Assembly (NCBI GenBank): GCA_024704765.1
Contig: JAKMXF010000346.1
Coordinates: forward strand, 68,015 to 132,014
Origin: Oopsacas minuta
Taxonomy: Eukaryota > Animalia > Porifera
Direction of reading: 5' to 3'
Length of the DNA stretch: 64,000 nucleotides
The notes beneath the pieces were generated by a model. It searched no databases. It saw nothing but the letters and a program-made list of their open reading frames with translations, and had not been told where the DNA came from. The translations under genes and the position numbers were made by a program. Positions 1 to 12,804 of the stretch are shown here, in pieces; position 1 is the first letter of the stretch, and each line of letters opens with the position of its first letter.

Positions 1-503
1 ATATAATCTGCTTCATTTTCCGAGGGTCTTTGGATTCGTATGTGTGTTCCGTCAACTAATCCTACTACGCCTGGAAAGTGAGCAATTTCATAAAACTTGT
101 TTTTGACTTCTACCCTCTTGAGACCAGCAGGCAAACTAACAAACTGATGGTATATAGCTTGCAAACACAGAGAAACATCTCGGATATAACGAGAGGCAGA
201 AGCTTGGCTTACGTTTATCCCATCTCCACAAATTATCTGGAACGTTCCAGAAGAGAAAAATTGAAGTGCCACACAAACTTGCAAGTGAGGGGAAGCAACA
301 CAAGAACGCTCGGCGAAATTCAAATAGTTAGCTATCAACTCTGTAATTTTAGATATTGAAGCTCTAGAGAAACGGAAACGTCGAACAAGTTCCATATCAT
401 CATAACAATCTAGGGGATCATTGAGATCCCTGAAAACTCGTTGACGTGCCATTGAGGAAGAGGTTTCTTCTTCTGCGAGAATTAGTGGAATCATCTGTGC
501 CAT
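1..503 (-). CDS. PIF/Harbinger (HARBI1-like) DDE transposase, N-terminal half; runs off the window edge
   Basis: Not in the ORF track. Manual translation from ATG at 503 is open to the window edge: MAQMIPLILAEEE...ELVRRFRFSRASI...LQVCVALQFFSSGTFQIICGDGINVSQASASRYI...FPGVVGLVDGTHIRIQRP. RFRF, ALxFFxxG, SQxSxSR and G.vDGTHI are Harbinger motifs. A possible Harbinger-like terminus (..cttagtgaatacggc) lies near 862-880. Confidence 0.9.
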   Translation of the reverse strand, partial: MAQMIPLILAEEETSSSMARQRVFRDLNDPLDCYDDMELVRRFRFSRASISKITELIANYLNFAERSCVASPHLQVCVALQFFSSGTFQIICGDGINVSQASASRYIRDVSLCLQAIYHQFVSLPAGLKRVEVKNKFYEIAHFPGVVGLVDGTHIRIQRPSENEADY

Positions 504-1099
504 TTGTTTATATTAAATTACTGGAATATTTATATATTATATTTGATCATAATTGTATTTAGCAAAACAGTCATTAGTGTAACTTGGAATGTATAATTCA
601 GAATGATAGTATTTAACATTACGTACAAAGTAATGCATTCCTTAGTAACACATATGTTATATCATAAGCGTTCGAAGAATTCCTTGTAACATTATTTGTG
701 AAGTATTTCATGAACGTAAACCACAATATTATCGTGAGATCATGCATAAAATATGGAAAGTTTTGAAAATATATTCCTGAATGATTGAAAGTAATTCTGT
801 AAAGCAATCCATCAGAAACTCACAAATTCATGAATATAAGTGATACTTAAGTACTAAGTATGCTTAGTGAATACGGCGGCAGTACTTCAAATCCATTCCC
901 GAATAAGAGCACAGAAATGTGTTTTACAAGTGGGTGGAAAGGTTAAAACTTTGTGTATTTGCAGGAGGGGATTACTTTGAATAAATAATATAGTGAATTA
1001 GTGTGTATAATGTTTGCATCATATTATATGATATCACCCGCAAAACTTGCTGAACGCCCTAGTAATTTAGATTTTCTTGGATACATTCACCTAATAATT

Positions 1100-2890
1100 T
1101 GCCTCTATATTCACCATTAAGTTTATACTTACATGAATTAATTCAACCCGGCATCCCTTCAATTTCTCAATTATTGAGAGGCTAATCCCATTCCATTTGT
1201 TTCCAAATATTTTCTGAGTTGTGTTAAATTTGTAGCGGGGTTTCTCTTGTCTAGCTCTGCTTGCGTAATAGACCAAAGATCTACGATGGGATTTATATCT
1301 GGGGAGTTACTAGGCCAAAGACCTTTCTCCCAAAAGCCCGGCAGATGCTCTGAAATCCATTTCTGGACCTCATAGTTGTATGAACAGGGGCGCCATCCTC
1401 CATGAAAATTATAGCGGACATCTTTCGACTCATTTTCATTTGGTAAGTGGGGTCCTTAGTCTTTCTGTACTTAAAGATAGGAAGACAACACTTCTCCAGG
1501 ATGTAATTTATATGGTATTCAGTACAGTCGAAGCCGCTTAATCGGGACTGGGATAATCGAGGTATCCGCTTAAACGGGACAATGGTTTGGGAACAGATTA
1601 TTTACATAGAAAAATCGTCGGATAATTGGGACATTGAATCGGTTAATTGGCATTTTTATCCCGATTACCCGAATATTTGAAATTTCTTAATCGGTTATTC
1701 AGGAATTCTTATCCCGATTAACCAGATATGAATTATATTCGCTTAATTCTGATTTCTATCCTATTAAACGATTGTATATTTATACAGAATCGTTGTAAAA
1801 TGGTTTGTTTTAAAACTTGGAATTTGAATATTATCTACAAATATAACAATACAACCCCGATGCGATTACAATTTACTAAACTAAGATTATTAACATTAAC
1901 ACTGCTCACTTGCCTCAGGTTCCATTGGCTATTCCACCGTGTATAATTCCCTCAATAATGACCACACTGTTGGATATCCAAACGTTTTGCGTGGGTTGTA
2001 GTAATAAGCATATGCATAATTATGTAAACTGTATTTTCTTGCTTTCTAGTATTTATCGTAGTGCACTCTATGACCTCTTGAAGCGGAACTATACCCATAC
2101 TACAACAAAATCTCTTCTAGACCTAGATAAATCAGGTTTAGTAGTATAGAAATAAGATATATCTGGCTATGTGCAATGAAAAACTAGTTTTCAATTCTTA
2201 AATAATCGTAATCGGTTAATGGGGACAATCGTTTAATCGGGACAAAACATTGACCCCCGAGCTGTCCCGATTAAGCGGCTTCCACTGTATTCACTGAGCG
2301 TTTTGAGTGGATGAAGTGTAGTCCTGATAGCCCTGACAGGCTCATTACGACCGGTTTTGACTGATTCAAACTGGGGTATGTTGTGCAGATTAATGCCCCA
2401 ACCTGATTATTCTGCTTATTAGTCGGATTGAAAAGCTCAAAGGGCTTTCAACACTAAACTATACGACCATCCCATGATTAGCATTCCTGATAGGATTCTA
2501 GCCTCTTTAACTTCGGCTTTTCGTTCAATTTCGGGTATGAGAGTCCTTTATACGCTTTCGCTTTGACTGTGTCGTGTAAATGACCGTGAATTGTGTCTTT
2601 ATTAACGGACACCGACCTAGACAAGATATATTTCGCAAGATTCTTGGGTTGAATTGTAATTTTGCCGATGAATTTTCGGATAATAGTTTTCGAGACCCGG
2701 AAAAGCTTCGTCGGACGTCCAGACCGGGCTTGTCTTCGGGCAAATATCCATCTCTGTGCCTTTTATACCAGTTCGTCACTGTCCGAATTGTGACTCCAAA
2801 AGTATTGGCGACTGTTTTCTGTGTTGAACCTGCTTCTATCATGCCAATCGCTTCCTCACGGACAGCAAATCTTGGTTTAACCACTTCCAT
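1100..2890 (-). pseudogene. Degraded Tc1-like transposase, similar to the DD37E element at 57.5-58.6 kb, interrupted by a MITE
   Basis: ORF 2525-2890 encodes a paired-like HTH (REEAIGMIEAGSTQKTVANTFGVTIRTVTNW) resembling 57473-58117. Frameshifted MEDGAPVH and FWEKGLWPSNSPDINPI remnants lie at about 1270-1410. Boundaries approximate. Confidence 0.75.
1525..2287. mobile_element. Non-autonomous Tc1/pogo-type element (MITE), 763 bp
   Basis: TIRs CAGTCGAAGCCGCTTAATCGGGAC (1525) and CAGTGGAAGCCGCTTAATCGGGAC (reverse complement ending 2287); TA on both flanks; repeated CCCGATTAA subterminal motifs. Confidence 0.9.
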
Positions 2891-4724
2891 GGTAGAATAT
2901 TGTGAAGGTTGAGAAAAAATTGCGAAAATTTACAGAGATTATCAATTAAGGAAATGTAGTATTTATTATTGTATTGGGCTTCTATAGAATAATAATAATC
3001 TGAAAAATAGTTGGATAATAAACAATTCTGTGCGATTGATAGCGGCTTCTATTGAGGTACTTAGGAGGAACAATCTTCTCAGACACCCTGTTAACAATTC
3101 CCAATAGCCTACAACAGGAAACATCCTGGAGGCGCTGATTTTTAACAACTATAGCAAATCGAGACATTTTTGGTGTACTAACCTCTGACCTATAAGGATG
3201 GAATGTTAATTTTTGGTATTAATGACCATATTAATTCTCTTACATACACCATCTTTCATTTTCAATACATCCAGATTCAAATGTGTATTAACATATTCAG
3301 CTTTACTTCCTGAATATGGGACAGTACAATTATCTGCGTATATAAGTCATATATCATTCCTGAAGATAAGAAATAATTACGGTCCTATGTTTATCCCTCA
3401 GTCACTCCACTTTTCATTTTTAAAGTTATATGTACTATTATACCTATTTATTATCAAATCTGCATGATACTAAACTTCTATTGATTGATTACACAGCCCC
3501 AACAGAAATTAAAAATTTTTGGTGCCTCAGAATTTAGGCCTATTTTAGAGTGTACTTGACCTGCTGATTTGAAACTTTCCTATTTTGCTCTTACATCCGG
3601 GTCTTCGTTCCGTGATTCCTACAAGGGTCTTATTGTTAGTGTTGCAAAAGGTTTTTGTAAGCTGTTGGTTGTCGAACCTTACTCTACTATGGTAAATAAT
3701 TTTACAATCAATACGCTAAGCAGGAACTTACTTGTTAATTTTTCTGCCTAGCAATCGGGAAATTCATTTGCTAACATATTTTCTCAAAAGAACCACAAAA
3801 GTAGCATGTAAAAAGAAATCCCTGGATTTTGGTTCAAAGATATTGTGTCAGTTTCAACTGTAGAATGAAGATTTCTTAGTAGTTTAATAATACGTATTTA
3901 CGTATAGAAGAATGGTTCAATACCTACACATGATCGCTTATGGTGTCACTTATTGAAATATTGTATCCATGTATCTCTGAATCAGGTGGTTATTCACGTT
4001 TTTCCGAGCAGCTCCTAGCTCACTTTCCTCTCCAATTTCATGAGCTAAATCAGTAGTGTTGTGGTTTTTCTGGTCTTTTATTTCACTTTCTAAATATTTT
4101 CCATCCTTAAATCACACAAGTAGATGAGCGTCCTCGCTTTTGGATGATCCCTCGGTTTGAATAGATAGATGATTATTCATCTCATTTCATAACTAAAGAC
4201 GTAATTCCAGCCAAGATTTCCAAAATTTCAACCATATTTCAAGTAATACACCTATCAGAGGATCTGAATTTGAATCGTGATTGGCTCATGTATCTATGAT
4301 AAATATGTGAAAAATCGGAATAAAAGGAGGCCAAGGGTACGATCTTGCAAAAATCGTTTGAAAAGAATTCGATTTGTGTAAAACTGGATTCAGCTATCCT
4401 AACCGCCTGAAACAAGGGATCACTCGATTGGATTATGACTATTGAGTCAGAAAATTGCTAATGTGAGCCTTTTCTACCTTATTCCTGGTAATATCACAAT
4501 TCTTTAGATGTTAGGTGATTACTTACTTTACATATTATTTTGCTTTGTTAGTGACTTGAATAATCAATATTCTAATTTTATTTCTTTTAAAACAATATGA
4601 CATTGCATAAATTGCAGTGATTCGTCAATAAAGCATCTAGCTTCTGATCCTAAATTCTATAATGATCTACGATGTCATCCATTACTGTAACTAGGGGTGG
4701 CAAGAGGTGCATATATATAGTTGC

Positions 4725-7700
4725 CACAGTGGCACACCCCCTGGAAATTGGTCAAAATTTCAATCCGATATTTAGTAACCATTTAAAGTTCATTGGAAAG
4801 AGAAATATCCAATTACTTGAAATGTCTAAAATTGTTATTATCCATCATTTAGTTTAGGAACAACTGGAATGTATATAAGCATTACAATTTCTTGCTCAGA
4901 AATTATTCTTGAAAACCACAGATATTCATTTATATCAATGAACTTAAATTCCAGTATCTAAGCAACTAATACATTCCAAAGACTTCATTCCATTGCATTT
5001 TCGACTACTCTCTTATTATAGTGATTATATAAGCGGAGTTCAAATAATAAATCCTTAAAATAGCTCAAATATTTTGATAAATTTTCTGTTGGATTTCTGT
5101 CGTCACTCAACTTCGAAGTCTCATAACTTCATCTGTCGCTTTCTGTCAAGTTGTCTCATGAGTTTTATAAGACAGCATTTTTAATTCTCTATGAAATACA
5201 ACAATTTCCAGGTTCCCGAAAATTCGCGCAAATATAGTTTCAATCGCATGAACTTTTGAATTTATCTAATATTTTTAAAAATTCTCTTTTCAAAATTTAT
5301 ATAAATATTATGGTTGCTTAGCGATATAATCAAAACGTGAAGTTATTTACATTTTTATGCTTGTGTTTACAAAATTCAGCTTGTAATTAATATAAATAAA
5401 TGTTCCCATCACGTATTTTTACAAAGATTCCATTAAAAAATCAACACTCTTCTACTGTGAGAAAACGTTTCGTCAAAAGTTCCTTAATTCTTAGATTTCA
5501 GAATGTATATTATAAGCTTATAAAACAAACATGCATATATATATAATCTTACTTTTGCCCTGTATTTACAATTTGTTAATAAATAATATATTAATTATCT
5601 AGAAAATGAACAACGTTCAAGCTTTTCAGTTTTATTGTGAGCATAAATTACTTAGCACCCGTTCAATCGCAGACCAATTTATTTCAACTCATGGTTTTGA
5701 TCGAGATCAGCAAAATTTCTTTCGTCTGAAGTTCAATGATATTCAAAAAGAGAGAGCCTCCTTTCATAAATATTCGGACCTTGATACTTGGAATTCCATG
5801 TGCTTCTGTCCTCTGCCAAAGAAGCCTAGGTTAAGTGCCTCTTCTTCATTAACCATTAACTTTGAAGAAGACTTTAATCTTTCAAAAAAGAAATCGCTCG
5901 CTGACTTAACGACCAAAGGTTTGAGAAATCGGCTCTCTTCTCTTAAGTCTCACCTCGAATCAGTCGCTGAAAACGAGCATGTATCTCCAAAGACTCTTGC
6001 AACTTATCTCTTACTACTTTGTTGCAATGAAGAGCAGGACATGAATAGTGCCAATGTTTGTAAAGAGATACTCGAGAAGGGAAACTCATCTCCTATCTAT
6101 CCACAATTATCACTTGATAAATTTGTCTTTCTTTTAGATTCGCTTGAGGTCGGTAAAACAAAGTATTTAGAACTTCGGCGTACGTTACTATCTGAAGATC
6201 TCAAGTTACCAGGCTACAATAGTGTAGCTAAACATCGGGCTCAAATTAATTTGCTGGATGAGGTGCGTATAATTCATAGAGAATTTCCATGTGGAGTAGG
6301 TATTTCTTACACCAGACTACTCACCCATACAGTTGAACGAATTGTATCTAACTTAAGTCCTGATACCCTTGTCTATTCGCTGAAAGTTCGAGTATCCGAT
6401 GGCTTAGATGGATCTGGGTGTCATCGAGTTTACCAGCAAGCTATATCTAACCCTGACCTCTCGACTAAAACCTTCATTTTATTTGGTTTCAAGGTTAACT
6501 CAATCATAAATGCAAATGATCATATCCTATGGAAACCTCATCATCCGAATTCGCCATTTTGCACTCGACCAGTTGCCCTCTTAGCCCTTCCAGAAAATGA
6601 AGAGAGTGTCAAGTTTTTGATGGACTCATTAATAAATAACGAAACTTCAACTATCGAAGAGAGTGGTTTGTGTTTACACAACGGAAATGCAGAGGTCAAG
6701 ATCATTAGATCTCATTTCGATACAAAGATGGCAAAAATGTTAAGCGGTGCTGGTGCTGCTAATTGTCAAATGTGTACTGCTACGTTCCAACAGATACATG
6801 ATATTAGCATAGTTCAAAATGGCTTTCCCATAAATAGAATTATCCGTGATGCACGTGATGTATTTGATGTAGTTGATGAGGAAGAATTTTTATCTTTGCC
6901 AACAAATCAAAGATTCAATTTAACACACAAACCGATCTCAGAAAAAGACATCATATCAGCTTCTCCTCTACATGCATATTTGAGAACATTTAGTTGGTTC
7001 CTATTATTGATTTGCCATTTACAGTGTGGTGCTATTCAAAAATGGTCACCAACTTCGCCAATAATTCTTGGGGCCAAGAAATTTATTACTAGCCTTATTG
7101 AAGAGAAACTTAGTATATCCATTGACACACCATCAGTCCAAGGAGGAACCACCACAATCGGAAATGTTGTTCGGAGATGCTTCACACGTAGCGATGATAC
7201 TGTGCAAGATTTTCTCTATTGGATATTGACGGTTGTTCCTCAAGAGACACATCAGGTTGTCACTACAATCTTTAATAATTTGAGTGCTATCCTGAGATTG
7301 TATAATAGCAACAGGAAAGTGGATACTGAAGGCCTTGATAATGTATGCCGAGAGACTTACGAATCCATTTTAACCAATTTTTCATGGGCACATGTAACCC
7401 CTACTTTACATAAACTTCTAGCCCATGTACCACAAATAATTGCAGATCATAACGATGGGTTTGCCTTAGAAGATGTGTCTGAGGAAGACCTTGAATCTTG
7501 TAATAAATTGGTCAGGCGATACCGTGAGAGACTCTCAAGAAAATTTAGCTTTGAGGACAACGTTAAAGATGTGTTCGTCAGGCTTATCTCTCAAAGTGAT
7601 CCAATATTAGCATCATTTCGTAATATTACCAAAAACGATTCGGAGCCAGATCTATCTGAGTTAAAGAGCTGTCAAGATATTTTGGTGAAGTCTCTAATTA

Positions 7701-8052
7701 TAAATACGTTATAGTTTGCAGTTCAATGAACGGTAGGTCATTTCAACAAGAAATGTGGTTTCATAAGTTTATAAAAATGTACATTAAATAGTGTTAAATA
7801 ATATCAAAACATAAAACATTCAATTTCTGAACCGATAACTCACAAATTGGTTTAATTAAAATCGATAAAAGATCAAAATATTTTTGAATGTGACAATGAC
7901 GTCATTACTTTCACACCCAAAGACTTAGAAAAAATCTAGTTACGTCAATCGATTCCTTGGGTACGATTCCCCATATGTCAATAATATAGTTTCATACGTT
8001 ATCTAGTACCCTAATACCTACTTCCAGGTTTTAGCCATTTCGTGCCACTGTG
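4725..8052 (+). mobile_element. Full-length Transib/RAG1-like transposon (family 1, copy 1), 3328 bp
   Basis: Left end CACAGTGGCAC (4725); right end GTGCCACTGTG (ending 8052); exact 5-bp TSD GTTGC at 4720-4724 and 8053-8057; single long transposase ORF. Confidence 0.95.
5606..7714 (+). CDS. RAG1-core-like / Transib DDE transposase, 702 aa, no stops
   Basis: NBD-like SLADLTTKGLRNRLSSLK..A..E; DGLDGSG (D268); PNSPFCTRP; SHFDTKM (D372); CQMC (ZnC2-like); SPLHAYL; GNVVRR; TPTLHKLLAHVP (ZnH2-like); SEEDLESCNKLVRRYR (E630); SDP tail. Triad spacing 104/258 versus 108/254 for RAG1 D600/D708/E962. Confidence 0.93.
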   Translation: MNNVQAFQFYCEHKLLSTRSIADQFISTHGFDRDQQNFFRLKFNDIQKERASFHKYSDLDTWNSMCFCPLPKKPRLSASSSLTINFEEDFNLSKKKSLADLTTKGLRNRLSSLKSHLESVAENEHVSPKTLATYLLLLCCNEEQDMNSANVCKEILEKGNSSPIYPQLSLDKFVFLLDSLEVGKTKYLELRRTLLSEDLKLPGYNSVAKHRAQINLLDEVRIIHREFPCGVGISYTRLLTHTVERIVSNLSPDTLVYSLKVRVSDGLDGSGCHRVYQQAISNPDLSTKTFILFGFKVNSIINANDHILWKPHHPNSPFCTRPVALLALPENEESVKFLMDSLINNETSTIEESGLCLHNGNAEVKIIRSHFDTKMAKMLSGAGAANCQMCTATFQQIHDISIVQNGFPINRIIRDARDVFDVVDEEEFLSLPTNQRFNLTHKPISEKDIISASPLHAYLRTFSWFLLLICHLQCGAIQKWSPTSPIILGAKKFITSLIEEKLSISIDTPSVQGGTTTIGNVVRRCFTRSDDTVQDFLYWILTVVPQETHQVVTTIFNNLSAILRLYNSNRKVDTEGLDNVCRETYESILTNFSWAHVTPTLHKLLAHVPQIIADHNDGFALEDVSEEDLESCNKLVRRYRERLSRKFSFEDNVKDVFVRLISQSDPILASFRNITKNDSEPDLSELKSCQDILVKSLIINTL

Positions 8053-9503
8053 GTTGCCCCGGAAACTAAATATCTGGGTCGCAAAATGTGAAGGAAGAGT
8101 TGAGGCAATGGGATCCGCCATGTAGGCTTAAATGAAATCACGTGATATGAGAGTGTCACGTCCGTGTATTTAGGTGTCCGTGGTTGTGTAAACCGGGCCT
8201 CCTAATGTTCTGGATATTCATATATTAATTATAGATTCATGATGTCATCGTGTACGTTTTAGAAACAATCACGAGAATTTCATAATATATAATTATGATG
8301 TACATCACGATACTTGGCTAAGTTCAAATGGGATTGTAATCTAAAATTCATAGATTTAGAAGTAATAATAAATAAGGGCCAATTCCACAGACATGCCAAT
8401 TTTGAATTTTTCGTTATTGTTCGTAACTTTTCATTTGTTCTCAGACATGCTGATTTTGATTTCTATTTGGCCAAAACCTTACAATGCTATAATATTTAAA
8501 TTGCAATGTGGCAAAATTCCAATATATTGAAAGCAAAATTCCGAAGTATGATAGAATCATCAACAACATTTTTGTGTTTCATTAGGAACAGGATAAACTA
8601 AGTGTTTGTAAAATGATAATTTTCACGACATTTTGATGATTTGTATTTTTGGTCTTGTTGTTACGTGTAATTTTCAAATTTTCATGATGCCAGTTACCTA
8701 TATGCTATTTATTTAGATTCAATAACGTTACAGTTAAATCTACTCAATAAATTTACGATTACATATGTATAGTGAATATTTTTCCCTAAATTGTAGCAGT
8801 TTAGCATTTGCGTACAATCAATATTTGTCAAATTATTTGAAGCCAAATTCGGAATGAACACCCCGAAATTAGCATAAATAATTTGTCAATATCAAAACAT
8901 ATAATTTGATGTAGGCATGTAATTCAGAAAATGAATCTAGGGCCGATTAGTACAATTTTTGCATCAACCATATTTTCGATACAGATCCAAATAAGGTGAA
9001 AATTTTACTTCACTGTTTATCCTATTTGTATCTGAAAAATATCCTTAGAATTTCACTGGTCAATACTCTTTGTGATTCTTTAGTTGCCTTAACATAGTTT
9101 ATTTTACTGGGCAGTGGTTCTCAGCCTAGGGTCCGCGGCTCTAGAATGTTTTTGTTATGTTTATGGCAGGAGTACGCGGATCCCATAAATGGATTAAAGA
9201 TGTCCTTGGGAGAAAAAAGGTTGAAAACCAATGCTCTGGGGTATATCGACTATCTTGATTCCGAAGATGTAATCAGTTTCTGTCAATCTGTTCTTGTTTT
9301 TCAGATATTGTCATTTGAACATTTGCAGTATTTTTGAAATATTTCAAGGAAATTGATACTATGGCATTAAGAACTATATACTTAAACTGTAAATATGTGT
9401 TTACTGTAACACCTGTTATCTGAACAGCAGGAAGAGCATTGAGTTGTGAAAAGTGTCCGAATTTCATAGCAACATGGTGCTTCATGCTTTTTGCCGTTTT
9501 ATA

Positions 9504-10838
9504 CAGGGGAATTCAATAAGTACTAATCACACAAAAGTGTATGGTATACAGACAATTATATGCCTCACTATTACTATATTATAGTGACCCACATTTCTAC
9601 TCTTGATCAAAACAATATTATTTTGTTTAGCTTTATCTTTGTGTTAGTTACATCTATTTCCCATTGCCCATTCTTACCCTTGAGTTTTTCATAGTTTCTT
9701 GTTTAAACCTTTCTGAAATTGAAAAACGAACCTATATGAAATTTCGCACGCTACTTGAAATTCCATCAAAGGCTATCCATGAAGACCTAGTTGCTGTTTG
9801 TGGAGATGAAGCACTTTACTATTCTACGGTTAGGAGATGGGTTAACCTCTTCAGGGATCGAAGGTCTTCTGTCGAAGATGCCCCTCGTTCTGGAGGCCCC
9901 AAATTGTCGACGAATGAAGATAAAACGTCAGAGGTGGTAAGATTGATTGAGTACTACCCTAGTTCTTCTGTTGAAGACATTGCTAGCTATGCGAACATCT
10001 CAACGGGAAATGCTCATACAAATCTTACGGCAGAATTAGAGTCGAGGAAGGTTCAAGTATGATGGTACCACATTCCTTAACATTTAAATAGAACGAGAAT
10101 AGAGTCAAAATGTGGGAAAGAAACCTAGACATTTACGAACGAGCCGATCCCAGGAGACTATTTGAAATTGCGACAAGAGATGAAATATAGATACCACTCA
10201 GTCCACCAATTTGAAAGCAGGAAGGAAGGAAGGTTTGGCTCAAGAAAGGAGAGGTACCTCCAGCCGTTTGTGTGTCAGACTTTCGTGCAGAGAAGGTTCT
10301 CTATTACATATTTTTCAATACCTTAGGTCCAGTAGCTCACATGCCTGTGCCAAAAGGCCAGACGCTTGGTGGAACATTTTACACCGAAGTAGTATAACCA
10401 GAACTTGAAAAGTATTATGCCAAACGTCATCCGAAAACAAGTACTCGTGGGTTGATGATTCTCCACGCTAATGCCAGGCCGCATAAAACTTTGGCTGTAA
10501 AACAAAAAATTTAGGATATGGGGATGGAAGAGGTCCAACACTCTCCTTACTCACCAAATATAGCGCCATGTGATCTCTACCTGTTTCGCAAGTTGAAAGA
10601 CCACATTTCTGGACATGATATTGAGTATAGAGTCAGCCTCCGACGAGCTATTTATCATTATCTCACTGACATACCCAAAGAAGAGTACAAAATGACATTT
10701 GAAAATTGGATCAAGAGGTTGAATTCAGTTGGTGAGTGTGGAAGAGACTATTTCGAACATTCTTAATAAAAACTCGGAATTTTTAAGCAGTACGAGTGTT
10801 TCTTATGGATAGTGATTAGTATCTATTGACTGCTCCTG
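9504..10838 (+). mobile_element. Degraded mariner element
   Basis: Imperfect TIRs CAGGGGAATTCAATAAGTACTAATCAC and CAGGAGCAGTCAATAGATACTAATCAC, TA flanks. Fragments 9664-10062 (HTH, DAPRSGGP) and 10518-10766 (HSPYSPNIAPCDLYLF). Confidence 0.88.
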
Positions 10839-12804
10839 TAATACACAAAGAATGGGGCTGTCAGACTAAGCATGCCACCCCCCTTGTAGCGTTAGGTAAC
10901 GTTTGAACTGCCCCATGTACTGTATAAATATATATTTCCAGGAGCCATAGTATATATTTGCCAGAGAATTATTGTAAAAATTGAAATGAAAGTATTTGAA
11001 ATACAAGAAGTGATTAAGAGAAACTGATTATACTTTGGGGTTCAAGATAGTCGATATCCCCTGGAGTAATATACAGTTTATACAAGATATTTCTGACACA
11101 TTCTATGTGCGAAAATATGTTGTATACAGCCAATTGTTTATAATATCTTGTTTCGAATGTACGTTGTTATACAAATTTGCTTTGACAAGGAATTCTCAGT
11201 CTCGATGGTATTATTTGGTCCAGTATTATCGATATGCAATACAGACGATCAATTTTTGGCCTAATTTGATCTCACATAGCTTTTGTTTAGTTGTAATCCT
11301 TACTTTCATGTTTAAATTTAAGAACTTTCGTCATGACTGATGTACAATGGGCTCAATTTCCTTTCACCATGATACCATGGATTTTTATTGATGACTCTAT
11401 TAATTTATTGAAGTCTTTAGCTCAGTCAGTGTAAGTCACATACTATACATGTATTAACAACACATATAAACATTGTATCAAAACATAAATACGGATTTAT
11501 GATTGTAAATATTTGATTGCGTAATGGGCCATTTTTGACTATTTTGTCAATAATTTTAGACTGTTTTTTATCCTTGTTTTGCAAAGTATCAGTCTGCTTT
11601 TTTTGTACAGAATTATAGTGATATTTAACTGCCTTTGAAAAATTTGAATTATTGATGGAATTTCGACACATCCCTTCATTGCTATGCAAATAGTTTCGAA
11701 CAGGTTCCACTCATATCTGAAAAATGTGCTGCTAATACATTCTAGAGCGTAATTTCCCAGTTGCTTTGCCATCTCAATACTATACTATACTCCTCCATTA
11801 TGAAATCCATGCTATCCAGCGTTATTATGGAAATTGATCCAGTTATGAGTCACTAATGACGAAAGTCCCCCACATAAATACATTTGTCAAAACATACCTT
11901 CCATTTAGACACAAAATGTATTGAAGAGTTCCAAGTAAACAGAATTAATGCCAGATCATATTAGGGCTATAAATTTTTACCTTAATTTTAGAGTGTGACG
12001 TCCTGTTGAAAAGACATTTGTCAGTCGATATGTGCAAAACTAGATCCGTCTATGATTGCGGCTTGTACAAGGTAGCACTCGTTCTGAATAGTACAGATGG
12101 TGAGAATGGTAAATGGCCACATTCCTTAGACATTTCTGCGTTGCATTGGAGAATATTTTTCGAAGGGAAATTCAACCCTGAGTACCATCGATCTGTATAC
12201 AACTGTGCAAGTTGAACCTTAAAATTTCAAAATTTGTCATAAAGTGACATATTATAGTGGTCAACACCAGTGTCAGATGTCATTTTGACGAAGGTACCAC
12301 TTCTTAAATCCATTCGAAAAATTAATCTAGTTTTATCGCAAGTTACATGCTTTTTAGAAAATCGTTCAATTCGACTCTTTTACTCATTTCGCCTTGACTA
12401 TTAACTTTTCTTTCATTTTGTAGCTTGAATCTAAACCTGGAACAATCCGTGGTGACTATTGTATTGACATTGGACGTAACATTTGTCATGGAAGTGATTC
12501 AGTGGAAAGCGCAGAAAAGGAAATTGCCTTGTGGTTCAAACCTGATGAACTTGTGAACTGGGAGGCTTCTAATCACTGTCACATATATGAACCTAAACCT
12601 AAACCTAAACAATAGACCTATATATCTTATAGATATATTTGTATTGTATTGTCTTTCTGGATCTAGTCTATCCATGAGTACCGTAGGGGAGAATTCTTTG
12701 ATTGACCAATATTTTGTTCAGATTTCGCCAACAACCTAGTCATTGTTGTTTTGTAGCTAATTTTTATTGTTATTCTAATAATACTTACTAATGCACTTCT
12801 AGAA

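Noticed and set aside
3200-4500. Possible decayed coding sequence (also 11400-12300 and 29280-29750)
   Set aside because: Translations gave no motif I could assign with confidence.
4725-8052. RAG2-like partner gene (ProtoRAG-type RAG1-RAG2 pair)
   Set aside because: Only ~880 bp lie upstream and ~340 bp downstream of the ORF, with no kelch- or PHD-like reading frame inside. No such ORF was recognised elsewhere in the window.
12590-12612. Telomere-like (CCTAAA)n
   Set aside because: About three units only; too short to interpret.
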